A stretch of 64,000 bases of DNA, from the sequence record MN850577.1; one strand, given 5' to 3'. Each line of letters begins with the position of its first letter. Within the stretch, counting starts at the first letter, position 1. A model generated the notes under the pieces. That model was given only the letters and a program-made list of their open reading frames with translations, was not told the origin of the DNA and did not search any database. The translations under genes and the position numbers were made by a program. Positions 1-7,173 of this stretch are shown here, in pieces. This stretch comes from Escherichia phage heid.

Positions 1-1228
1 ATCTTTACAGACCTTATCTCACAAGGTCTAACACGGTACTAACAAGGTATCTTATAAGCCTGTTATTACCTGTATTTTTAAAAGACTGTCTAGGTAATTA
101 TTCAGAATCTTAAAATTTTTATAAAATAGGACTATCAAGTCATTTTTTAGGGTCTTTGAAGGAACTGAAAAATATCTGTAGAAGATGTATATCTGCTTGG
201 TAGCCCTTAACAACTCCCTTACAAGTACTTTGCAAAATTTTAAAATATCCTTAACAATTTCTTAACAACTCTCTCAAGCTCTTAACAACCCTTCAAAGGT
301 CTTAACAGATTCTTAACAGAACTAACAAGGCTGTAACAGTTTTCTAGGGATTGGTAACAATACCAATTAACAAGTGCTGAATAGGCTTTACAGAATCTTA
401 ACAGATGACTAACAAGAGCTAACAAGTTAATTTTAAAGAGTTATTTTGTTAAGATAATTAACAAGTCTCTAACAAGTGTTTAATCTTTTTAACAAGCTAT
501 TAACATGGTCACTATCTCTTGGTCTATAGTTCCCTTTCCCTCTTAGTGATTCTTTAAACATACCTCTTAAAAGCTCTCTATAGCTCTTTATAAGCTCTTT
601 TAAGTCTCTTCCTAGTAGTTACACCCCAACTATACAGAAAGCTCTTTATAGGGCTTTACAGGAGCTTTTAAGGCTATGTCAAAGGCTCTTACAAGGTTTT
701 TACATGGTCTTAACAGAGATTTAACAAGGGGCTAACAAGTTGCTAACAAGTGCCTTAAAAGCATAACTATGTAGGGTTTGTTAAGAAATTGTTAAGAAAT
801 TGTTAAGAAAATGTTAAGGGGGCTAGCATTTACGTAACTTTTAAGCTACTTTATAGCCCCTATAACATACTTTTAAGACACTAACAAGCCCTTTTTAGAT
901 ATTCACAAGATAGCTAACGAGATGATAAAGCTTACACCCTTATAAGATTCTTTTAAGGCTGTAGGAAGCTTTATAAAGAGCTTTTAAGGGTGAGTTAATG
1001 CAATCCCTTAAGTTAGGTTGATAAGGCTGTTATAGAGCTTTATAGAGCGTTTAAACGGTTGCCCTTCCCTTTCGGGTTATGGGCTTTTATTTAAGTTGAT
1101 TTGATAAGAGATTATAGAGTAGACTATAGAGTTATTGCTTTTAAGGTCTGGTAAGATTCTATCGAATCAGTAGGGTAGATTCTGGAAAGGAAAGGAAAGG
1201 GATTGTATAGAGGTTATTACATAGACGT
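1..1228. repeat. Non-coding A+T-rich region packed with short repeats: over 25 copies of CTTAACA(A/G)/CTAACAAG, often phased at about 11 bp, a tandem GTTAAGAAATT x3 at 779-818, and recurring AGCTCTTTATA and CTTTTAAGG motifs
   Basis: Read directly from sequence; no ORF of 60 aa or more on either strand; lies just 3' of the early-array terminator. Confidence 0.6.
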
Positions 1229-1282
1229 AAAAAAAGCCCCTATGAGAAGGAGCTTTGCAGGTATCTGGGGCTATTTAGCCCC
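1229..1282 (-). terminator. Probable intrinsic terminator ending the early gene array
   Basis: GC-rich inverted repeats (AGCCCC 1235-1240, GGGGCT 1267-1272, AGCCCC 1277-1282) followed on the minus strand by a U7 run (plus A-run 1229-1235), just after the stop of ORF 1293-1541. Confidence 0.45.
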
Positions 1283-1292
1283 GTTGCGTCGA

Positions 1293-1541
1293 TTAGTTGT
1301 AACCTTGTTTATTGTAGTACAGTGAGATAATCAAGTCACCCCAGTAATGATAGTGATGCTCGTCGTTTAATGCCTCTTTTACAGCGTCTTTCCAGAAGTC
1401 ATCAGTAGGGTTATAATCTGGGATAACTTGCTTGATAACTGTCTTCACTAATGAAAAGCATTCATCAGTTCCACCGATATCAAATTTAACGTCCAGAGTA
1501 TAACAGCCATAAGCATTGACAGTTGCGCGGATAGTTGCCAT
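1293..1541 (-). CDS. Hypothetical small early protein (82 aa)
   Basis: ORF with AGGAG Shine-Dalgarno 8 nt upstream and conserved family A promoter/UTR element. Confidence 0.55.
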   Translation of the reverse strand: MATIRATVNAYGCYTLDVKFDIGGTDECFSLVKTVIKQVIPDYNPTDDFWKDAVKEALNDEHHYHYWGDLIISLYYNKQGYN

Positions 1542-1636
1542 TTTTTGAATCTCCTAGTTTAAGGACTTTACTTAGTGGGGAAGGTCATTCCCTCCCCGTT
1601 GATTAGTAATTTACTGCATGTTGGCGTATGTTGCAA
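1542..1636 (-). promoter_or_regulatory. Family A early promoter/5' UTR element: -35 TTGCAA (1631-1636), 17-bp spacer, -10 TAAATT (1608-1613), stem-loop 1577-1597, SD AGGAG
   Basis: Seven copies of a conserved ~70-bp element; the -10 contains the stop codon of the upstream gene; hairpin with conserved core and covarying stem. Confidence 0.55.
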
Positions 1637-1874
1637 GCCTTTTTTCGTTGTATTTTGTCAGAATCTCACAAGATAAAACATCATATTTTGTAACCGCTTT
1701 GCCTTTGTCGAGGTCAAAGAATCCGAACGCTTTACCATCTTTGAATCCGACAACTTCGTAAGATTCTTTGATGATTTCACCATTGAACAAATCACTTTCG
1801 ATACGGTGAAATAATGCTACATCTTCTTTGTCGGTTGCAATTTGTAAAAGTGTGGTTAATTCTACGTTTTCCAT
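1611..1874 (-). CDS. Hypothetical small early protein (87 aa)
   Basis: ORF preceded by family A element. Confidence 0.55.
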   Translation of the reverse strand: MENVELTTLLQIATDKEDVALFHRIESDLFNGEIIKESYEVVGFKDGKAFGFFDLDKGKAVTKYDVLSCEILTKYNEKRLATYANMQ

Positions 1875-1963
1875 CTTGATGCCCCTAGTTTAAGGATTTT
1901 ATTGAGTGGGGGAGGTCATCCCCCGTTAATGAGTAATTTACAGATTTTTGATTGTCTCGTCAA
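1875..1963 (-). promoter_or_regulatory. Family A early promoter/5' UTR element: -35 TTGACG (1958-1963), 17 bp, -10 TAAATT (1935-1940), stem-loop 1908-1924
   Basis: Conserved element; the -10 overlaps the upstream stop codon; stem GGGGGA/TCCCCC. Confidence 0.55.
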
Positions 1964-2468
1964 TGTCTTTTTCAATATCTTTTAAAGTTTTTTCTAAGTT
2001 CTTGATATTGAAAGATAAACCCTCTCCCAATGTTTTGCTGTAACCACTAGGGCGCAAGTCATGCAGTTCGATTTCTTCCACTTCGAAGAGACTAACCAAC
2101 TCACCGCTTACACTGTAAGCCATTGAAACAGTATTTACAGGGGCTTTATAGAACTTGTTTAAGGACTTGATAGAACGCTCATAAGCCATTTTATAACCGT
2201 TTAAAAGGTCTTTAACGTGGTTGCGAACGTTTTTACACTCATCTAAGTAAATCCCTAAGAATAGCGGTAATAACTCTGCTACAGCTTGCATAAAGTGAGA
2301 GACTACAACGGTTGCAACATTACGACGATGTACATAATAAGCCCCATTTTCTGATTTAGTGATGGTTGCAAAGTGTACCCCATTGCAGCGAAATTCGTAG
2401 GTATCTTTAACAGGCTTAGCCATTACAGCATTTGAACGAATGTAGTTGATAGCTTGAAATTTGTTCAT
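1938..2468 (-). CDS. Hypothetical early protein (about 176 aa; ATG at 2468 preferred over the track's longer start)
   Basis: Conserved SD plus ATG context shared with the other early genes. Confidence 0.5.
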   Translation of the reverse strand: MNKFQAINYIRSNAVMAKPVKDTYEFRCNGVHFATITKSENGAYYVHRRNVATVVVSHFMQAVAELLPLFLGIYLDECKNVRNHVKDLLNGYKMAYERSIKSLNKFYKAPVNTVSMAYSVSGELVSLFEVEEIELHDLRPSGYSKTLGEGLSFNIKNLEKTLKDIEKDIDETIKNL

Positions 2469-2560
2469 TTTTGAATCTCCTAGTTTAAGGACTTTATTTA
2501 GTGGGGAGGTCATTACCTCCCGTTGATTAGTAATTTACTTGTTTTGATATCTGATTGCAA
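2469..2560 (-). promoter_or_regulatory. Family A early promoter/5' UTR element: -35 TTGCAA (2555-2560), 17 bp, -10 TAAATT (2532-2537), stem-loop 2503-2521
   Basis: Conserved element; stem variant GGAGGT/ACCTCC. Confidence 0.5.
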
Positions 2561-2628
2561 GCAATTTTTTAAGTTTATCTATAAAGAATCTTTTAAGTTA
2601 ATCCCTTTTAGATAAACCCCCTCGAACA

Positions 2629-2657
2629 AATCTACCAATGTCAAGGGGCGTTGTCAA
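2629..2657 (-). promoter_or_regulatory. Additional sigma70-like promoter: TTGACA, 17 bp, TAGATT
   Basis: Hexamers and spacing read from sequence in the 150-bp non-coding gap 2541-2689. Confidence 0.4.
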
Positions 2658-2689
2658 TACTTTTTTGAAAGTTTTTTGTAAGTTATTGA

Positions 2690-3031
2690 TTAACTGATGA
2701 ATATTTTTTCAGGTTTTACATAGCTGATACGCTGACTTTTTAGCAGGTCATCCCAGATTAACGCGGCGATATGGGCATAACCGGATTCACGTAAAAGCTT
2801 CATTGTTTTACTTCTCGTTTCAAAACGGCTTGCGTAGTACTCACTATTTAAAACCGTTTTATTCCCTTCGTTATCTACATGGATAATCTGCATCACTTGA
2901 AAGGGGCTTGTGTCCTCGCCTTTGTTCCACTGTTCAAAGTATTTTAGGCACTGCATAGGTGACATCTTATCACTTACTTGAGTTGACCAAGATGAATTTT
3001 CTTTATCGGTAATTACGGTTACATAAGCCAT
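2690..3031 (-). CDS. Hypothetical early protein (113 aa)
   Basis: ORF with family A element upstream. Confidence 0.5.
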   Translation of the reverse strand: MAYVTVITDKENSSWSTQVSDKMSPMQCLKYFEQWNKGEDTSPFQVMQIIHVDNEGNKTVLNSEYYASRFETRSKTMKLLRESGYAHIAALIWDDLLKSQRISYVKPEKIFIS

Positions 3032-3125
3032 TTTTGAATCTCCTAGTTTAAGGATTGTACTTAGTGGGGAAGGTCATTCCCTCCCCGTTGATTGACAATT
3101 TACAGATTTTTATCAGGCTTGTCTA
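3032..3125 (-). promoter_or_regulatory. Family A early promoter/5' UTR element: -35 TAGACA (3120-3125), 17 bp, -10 TAAATT (3097-3102), stem-loop 3066-3086
   Basis: Conserved element; the -35 overlaps the stop codon of ORF 3123-3356. Confidence 0.5.
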
Positions 3126-3356
3126 GTCTTTTTCAATGATAATTTCATACTGACCATCTACGCTGTCAAAATAGATACCGTCTTCATCTTCTGTCTTAAA
3201 GTAACATTGTATATCATCACTAGCGGGATAGTCTTGTCTTGCTATCTGACAGACCTGAACAGCATTTTCTTTACTTCCTGTAAACTCCTCAAGCCCTTTA
3301 AAATCACATGAATGACCATTACAAATAGAAAGGATAAGATAAACGGTTGTAAGCAT
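3123..3356 (-). CDS. Small protein with hydrophobic N-terminus and cysteines (77 aa), possibly secreted or a lipoprotein
   Basis: N-terminal LILSICNG resembles a signal/lipobox; SD AAGAGG. Confidence 0.4.
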   Translation of the reverse strand: MLTTVYLILSICNGHSCDFKGLEEFTGSKENAVQVCQIARQDYPASDDIQCYFKTEDEDGIYFDSVDGQYEIIIEKD

Positions 3357-3369
3357 GATTTAAGCCTCT

Positions 3370-3390
3370 TAAAAGCCCCTGTGAGGGGCT
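3370..3390 (-). terminator. Intrinsic terminator-like hairpin
   Basis: AGCCCC-TGTGA-GGGGCT followed on the minus strand by UUUU, between ORFs 3423-3965 and 3123-3356. Confidence 0.4.
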
Positions 3391-3422
3391 AATCAGTGTT
3401 TATAAGGTGATTGCATAGGTTT

Positions 3423-3965
3423 TTAGAAAAAGCTCTTTAAATCTCTCTCTGTGATGTTTCCCGCTAGTGTATCCATGATGTCACAAAAAACCTGAATACT
3501 ATCCGACTGTTGAATACTTTTAGCAAGAAGCTCCAGAGACTCATCAAGATAATTTAAATTTGGGTTATCCAATGAAGGAAGACAAAAAGGCGAAAACATC
3601 GCATTAAACTCGGTTACGTAAACCTTTTTAATCCAATTTAAATCGAAGTATTCTGTAAAACTTGCTACGCCAGACATATTATCACAAGAATAATCATCAT
3701 TCAGGTCATCCTCTGGGATATCAAGTTCTAAGATAACAATATTTTGGGTTTTCATCTGGAAAGCGGCCGTAATAGTGGCATTACCTAACGCTTGCTGGAT
3801 GCCTTCGGCTGTTATCTCTTTCTCATCGTCGCCATAGATTTTATTTTCTGGATACACGTAAAAATTGCCGTCCATGTCCGAACAATTCCATGCACCTGAT
3901 GGCTTGTCACCGTTATTAATCAGGTTGAGGAAATTTTCTTGAGTAGTACCGTGAAAGCATTTCAT
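3423..3965 (-). CDS. Acidic hypothetical early protein (180 aa)
   Basis: ORF; strongly acidic composition; N-terminal HGT and YVY motifs of unknown meaning. Confidence 0.5.
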   Translation of the reverse strand: MKCFHGTTQENFLNLINNGDKPSGAWNCSDMDGNFYVYPENKIYGDDEKEITAEGIQQALGNATITAAFQMKTQNIVILELDIPEDDLNDDYSCDNMSGVASFTEYFDLNWIKKVYVTEFNAMFSPFCLPSLDNPNLNYLDESLELLAKSIQQSDSIQVFCDIMDTLAGNITERDLKSFF

Positions 3966-4055
3966 TTTTGAATCTCCAGTTTAGGATTTAGTGGTAAAGC
4001 TCTTTATCTGGGGCTTACTTTATCGAACTATAAGCCCCTTGTAAAGTACTTTATT
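3966..4055 (-). promoter_or_regulatory. Family B intergenic element: 16-bp near-palindrome TGTAAAGTACTTTAT containing -35 TTTACA and the upstream stop codon, GC hairpin 4010-4038, -10 TAAAGT, SD
   Basis: Four near-identical copies of about 90 bp; -35/-10 spacing 17-18 bp. Confidence 0.45.
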
Positions 4056-4254
4056 TGTTATTTTTTACTACTTTTAAAACCGCACGATAGCCTAAGCAAT
4101 AGGAATCACCGAAGAGCGACCGACCCATGAAGGAGTCCTCTGTAATATCTTTCGCCGTGACGGTTTTTTCTACGCCGTGAAAGAGAACTACATCACCGAC
4201 TTTAATATCTTTGATGTGTGTAGTTTCAATGGTTAAACCGTTAATAATAGCCAT
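4051..4254 (-). CDS. Hypothetical small early protein (67 aa)
   Basis: ORF with family A element upstream. Confidence 0.5.
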   Translation of the reverse strand: MAIINGLTIETTHIKDIKVGDVVLFHGVEKTVTAKDITEDSFMGRSLFGDSYCLGYRAVLKVVKNNK

Positions 4255-4346
4255 TTTTGAATCTCCAGTTTAGGACTTTATTTAGTGGGGAAGGTCATTC
4301 CCGCCCCGTTGATGTGTAATTTAATCTATCTGAAAACCAATGTCAA
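4255..4346 (-). promoter_or_regulatory. Family A early promoter/5' UTR element: -35 TTGACA (4341-4346), 17 bp, -10 TAAATT (4318-4323), stem-loop 4287-4307; A-tract upstream of -35
   Basis: Hexamers and spacing read from sequence; T12 run at 4347-4360. Confidence 0.55.
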
Positions 4347-4360
4347 CAATTTTTTTTTTT

Positions 4361-4765
4361 TTAGAGTTCTGCATAAATTGCATCACAGATACCACGAAAA
4401 TCATGATTTGTCAAATTACGTTGTAACCAAGTGGCGAAAAAGTCAGCGATTGCAAAGTTAGCGTCATACTCGACAGATAGCCACACTTTAACAGCAAACC
4501 GAAACATTTTCAAATCAAGCTCTTTATTCATTACCTTAGATTTGCCTAACATGTCGGACATTTCATATTGTGCACCGTCTAGCGTGATACCTGCTGCAAC
4601 GTCAGCCAATGAGTTTTTTACGTTTTCAACGTCTAAGATAACGCTTTGAATCTTCCCAATAATGTTGTGCAATGTTTCGTCCGGTGCTGATGACGTAATA
4701 ACATTAATCCGGTTAACGGTCAAACGTGCTTTTAAGATTGATAACTCGCGATTATTAATAGCCAT
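4361..4765 (-). CDS. Hypothetical early protein (about 134 aa; ATG at 4765, the track start is a TTG)
   Basis: SD GGAGAA 7 nt before ATG. Confidence 0.5.
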   Translation of the reverse strand: MAINNRELSILKARLTVNRINVITSSAPDETLHNIIGKIQSVILDVENVKNSLADVAAGITLDGAQYEMSDMLGKSKVMNKELDLKMFRFAVKVWLSVEYDANFAIADFFATWLQRNLTNHDFRGICDAIYAEL

Positions 4766-4856
4766 TTTTAAGTTCTCCAATTTAGGATTTAGTGGTAAAG
4801 CTCTTTATCTGGGGCTTACTTTATCGAACTATAAGCCCCTTGTAAAGTACTTTATA
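4766..4856 (-). promoter_or_regulatory. Family B intergenic element (palindrome 4841-4856 containing stop codon 4852-4854, hairpin 4811-4839)
   Basis: Conserved repeat copy. Confidence 0.45.
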
Positions 4857-5124
4857 CTAAATGCAGCTTTTTACCTTTTACTATGATGTAACTCGATGCG
4901 CTATTGCTTTGCACATCCTGATAAATTCTGCGCAAACGGCCTTCGTAGTATACTTTCCAACTGGTTGGAATCTTTTTCCCGTATCCTGTAGCAGTTTTTT
5001 GTAGTCCTGCAAGTTGCCAATCTAAGATATGTTGTTCGGCTTGTAAATCCTCGAAGTGCATTACACCGTTCACATAGTGACGAAGGGTTACGTTTAAGGT
5101 GCGACCGTTGTTAGTAGTATACAT
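4852..5124 (-). CDS. Hypothetical small early protein (90 aa)
   Basis: ORF with family A element upstream. Confidence 0.5.
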   Translation of the reverse strand: MYTTNNGRTLNVTLRHYVNGVMHFEDLQAEQHILDWQLAGLQKTATGYGKKIPTSWKVYYEGRLRRIYQDVQSNSASSYIIVKGKKLHLV

Positions 5125-5215
5125 TTTGAATCTCCTAGTTTAAGGACTTTGTTTAGTGGGGAGGTCATTACCTCCCGTTGATTAGTAATTTACTTGTTTT
5201 AAAAACCAAAATCAA
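5125..5215 (-). promoter_or_regulatory. Family A early promoter/5' UTR element: -35 TTGATT (5210-5215), 17 bp, -10 TAAATT (5187-5192), stem-loop 5157-5176
   Basis: Conserved element; the -35 overlaps the upstream stop codon. Confidence 0.5.
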
Positions 5216-5544
5216 GAGAAATTTTTTCGTTTGCTCAATTCTTGAACAATTACAGCGTAGTAGTCTTTTAAGTCACTGACATTTAAAGCATTTATCAGAG
5301 AATTATAATCATCGACTAACTGAAAATCATCTTTGAAAATGTCGCTGATTTGATAAGTTTTTGATTGAAATCTGAAGCTCATTTCTAACCGTTTTATTTG
5401 TTCATCACTTAAACGCTCCAGAAAGCTCATTACAAGGCTATTATTGACCTGTTGCGTGATTGCCTTATTTGCTAGATTATAGGCTTTATATGCCTTATAT
5501 AGCGCGAAAATGGCAATGATTGCAGTGATACCAGTCATTAACAT
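5212..5544 (-). CDS. Small membrane-anchored protein (110 aa)
   Basis: N-terminal hydrophobic segment MLMTGITAIIAIFALY; SD AGAGGAAA. Confidence 0.5.
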   Translation of the reverse strand: MLMTGITAIIAIFALYKAYKAYNLANKAITQQVNNSLVMSFLERLSDEQIKRLEMSFRFQSKTYQISDIFKDDFQLVDDYNSLINALNVSDLKDYYAVIVQELSKRKNFS

Positions 5545-5834
5545 GGTGTTTCCTCTTTACGTGATACTTTGCCATTTACAGTTATCTCATAAGAATCTAG
5601 TAAGTCACTTTTAGATTTTACTGGACTTTTAAAAGTATCATCATAAATATTTACTTGCAATACAGGTTTTTTATACTCCCTGCAACTATTCCATAAACAA
5701 ATCACTACACGACGGCCTTTTATTTTACCGTGCAACCATTCCATAACATCATGATTATTTCTTGATGTCTCGATAAAATCAATTTTGTTGAGTAACTTGC
5801 TTAGATTTTCACGAACTTTATTGGATAATTTCAT
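5538..5834 (-). CDS. Hypothetical small early protein (98 aa)
   Basis: ORF with conserved SD context. Confidence 0.5.
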   Translation of the reverse strand: MKLSNKVRENLSKLLNKIDFIETSRNNHDVMEWLHGKIKGRRVVICLWNSCREYKKPVLQVNIYDDTFKSPVKSKSDLLDSYEITVNGKVSRKEETPC

Positions 5835-5926
5835 TTTTGAGTCTCCTAGTTTAAGGGTTAATTTGATAAAGCTCTTTATCTGGGGCTTAAGATATCAACT
5901 TTTAAGCCCCTTGTAAAGTACTTTAT
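5835..5926 (-). promoter_or_regulatory. Family B intergenic element (hairpin 5882-5910 with stem GGGGCTTAA/TTAAGCCCC and a different loop; palindrome 5911-5926)
   Basis: Stem conserved while the loop differs from the other copies. Confidence 0.45.
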
Positions 5927-6183
5927 CAGATTAAATTGCCAGTTAATGATAAGTGCATTTTGTAACCTTGTTTAGTGAATACGTTCACTTTACCGAGTGT
6001 TTTTACACCTTTAAAAAGGTTATTTGAACTGCGTTTTAAGGTTAAATGTTTATCAGCCTTCACGCCCCACCTTACATTAGATTGTTTTCCGTTGTCAACC
6101 ACTTTCCCGCATAACTTTTTAGCCATAACGCGAGCGTCATCACGAGTTTTTGCAGCAATTACAACGTTTTTGATAATAGCCAT
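5926..6183 (-). CDS. Basic hypothetical small protein (about 85 aa; ATG at 6183)
   Basis: ORF; same SD context as 4361-4765. Confidence 0.5.
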   Translation of the reverse strand: MAIIKNVVIAAKTRDDARVMAKKLCGKVVDNGKQSNVRWGVKADKHLTLKRSSNNLFKGVKTLGKVNVFTKQGYKMHLSLTGNLI

Positions 6184-6273
6184 TTTTAAGTTCTCCAATT
6201 TAGGATTTAGTGGTAAAGCTCTTTATCTGGGGCTTACTTTATCGAACTATAAGCCCCTTGTAAAGTACTTTAT
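6184..6273 (-). promoter_or_regulatory. Family B intergenic element (hairpin 6229-6257, palindrome 6258-6273 containing stop codon 6270-6272)
   Basis: Conserved repeat copy. Confidence 0.45.
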
Positions 6274-6650
6274 TTAATTTTGAAGATAGTTACGTAACCA
6301 TCACTACCGATTATTTGAGACACTCCAGCTTTTTCTACTTGATAGCCCATATTTTCAAGATGATAAACAGCATCATCATAACCATATGCGCCACCCTGAT
6401 AACGTCTCTTATCGCATTTTATCAGGTTTTTACCACGTCCCGCAAGTGCATGCAAAATGGCTTTTTCACTTGAAAGAGTACCATCTAGCATTGTCGCCGT
6501 GTAATGGTTGATTTTATTCCCGTTAATATCATACTTGAAATTGAACGAGTGAACAACAATAACGTTACCTTTAAAATTCTCATCAAGTGACTTCTCCAGT
6601 ACGCTACGAAAGTTGTCTTTGTTGATGAATTTAGGTGCACGATATTTCAT
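6270..6650 (-). CDS. Hypothetical early protein (126 aa), first gene of the early array
   Basis: ORF with family A element and a strong promoter upstream. Confidence 0.5.
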   Translation of the reverse strand: MKYRAPKFINKDNFRSVLEKSLDENFKGNVIVVHSFNFKYDINGNKINHYTATMLDGTLSSEKAILHALAGRGKNLIKCDKRRYQGGAYGYDDAVYHLENMGYQVEKAGVSQIIGSDGYVTIFKIK

Positions 6651-6745
6651 TTTTGAATCTCCTAGTTTAAGGACTTTACTTAGTGGGGAGCGTCATTCCC
6701 CCCCCCGTTGATGCAAATACTAGATAACCCCGTTCAAAGAGTCAA
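6651..6745 (-). promoter_or_regulatory. Family A variant: -35 TTGACT (6740-6745), 17 bp, -10 TAGTAT (6717-6722), stem-loop 6685-6706, SD AGGAG
   Basis: Best sigma70 match in the array. Confidence 0.55.
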
Positions 6746-6866
6746 TAAAAATTTTAAAAATATTTTTGGCAAAACTGTAATGAAACGGGTGCGCACGACT
6801 ACCACAAAACAGAACGCAAATCAAGAATTATTTTTCAATCCGCTACAAATTTTTCTCTTGACTTTT

Positions 6867-6902
6867 GGGGAGAGGGGGAGTAAGAGGGGGAGAGGGGTTG
6901 GG
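6867..6902 (+). other. G-tract cluster (GGGG AGA GGGGG AGTAAGA GGGGG AGA GGGG TT GGG), a canonical G-quadruplex-forming motif
   Basis: Five G-runs of 3 or more with loops of 2-7 nt, in an otherwise AT-rich genome. Confidence 0.5.
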
Positions 6903-6922
6903 CTGGCTGTCTATAAAAACCT

Positions 6923-7100
6923 ACCTGCACAATTCTAAAATGATTTTTCTTGCCCGACCTGAGCGGGGTCTGCACGTTTTGAAAATGAAAAAGCTCTTTG
7001 GAGATTACCTGCACAGTTTGAAAATGAATTTTCTCTTTGGAGTTCAAAATTTTCTCTACAGATTTCTCTACAGAACTCTACCTGCACAATTCTGAAATGA
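6923..7100. repeat. Four direct repeats of about 21 bp, (T)ACCTGCACA(R)TT(Y)TGAAAATGA, at 6923, 6970, 7007 and 7080; two copies extend to a 38-bp tandem unit ending CTCTTTGGAG
   Basis: Read directly; non-coding region between the macro-like gene and the early-array promoter. Confidence 0.6.
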
Positions 7101-7173
7101 AAAAGCCCTCCTTACCTGAAAAATTTACCAGATAAGAAAGGCTTAGGCTATTGTGAATATTCTACAGAGTTTC

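Noticed and set aside
1-1228. TTAA-N7-TTAAC spacing resembling alphaproteobacterial CtrA boxes
   Set aside because: The match is probably a by-product of an 11-bp phased A/T-rich repeat; the gene content and sigma70-type promoters do not suggest a CtrA-using host, and I cannot verify the host from sequence.
3423-3965. ADP-ribosyltransferase call for the acidic early protein based on N-terminal HGT and YVY motifs
   Set aside because: Only a loose resemblance to the H-Y-E pattern; no convincing catalytic Glu context and only one His, so the protein is reported as acidic and unknown.
1542-6745. Regularly spaced conserved intergenic repeats that might be a CRISPR array
   Set aside because: The intervening segments are 200-550-bp protein-coding ORFs, not 30-40-bp spacers; the repeats contain promoter hexamers and Shine-Dalgarno sequences and lack CRISPR-type periodicity.
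6708-7095. ORFs 6708-6938 (+), 6865-7095 (+) and 6835-7047 (-) in the repeat region
   Set aside because: They overlap each other on both strands, lack Shine-Dalgarno sequences, and their repetitive peptides follow the DNA direct repeats; more likely non-coding.
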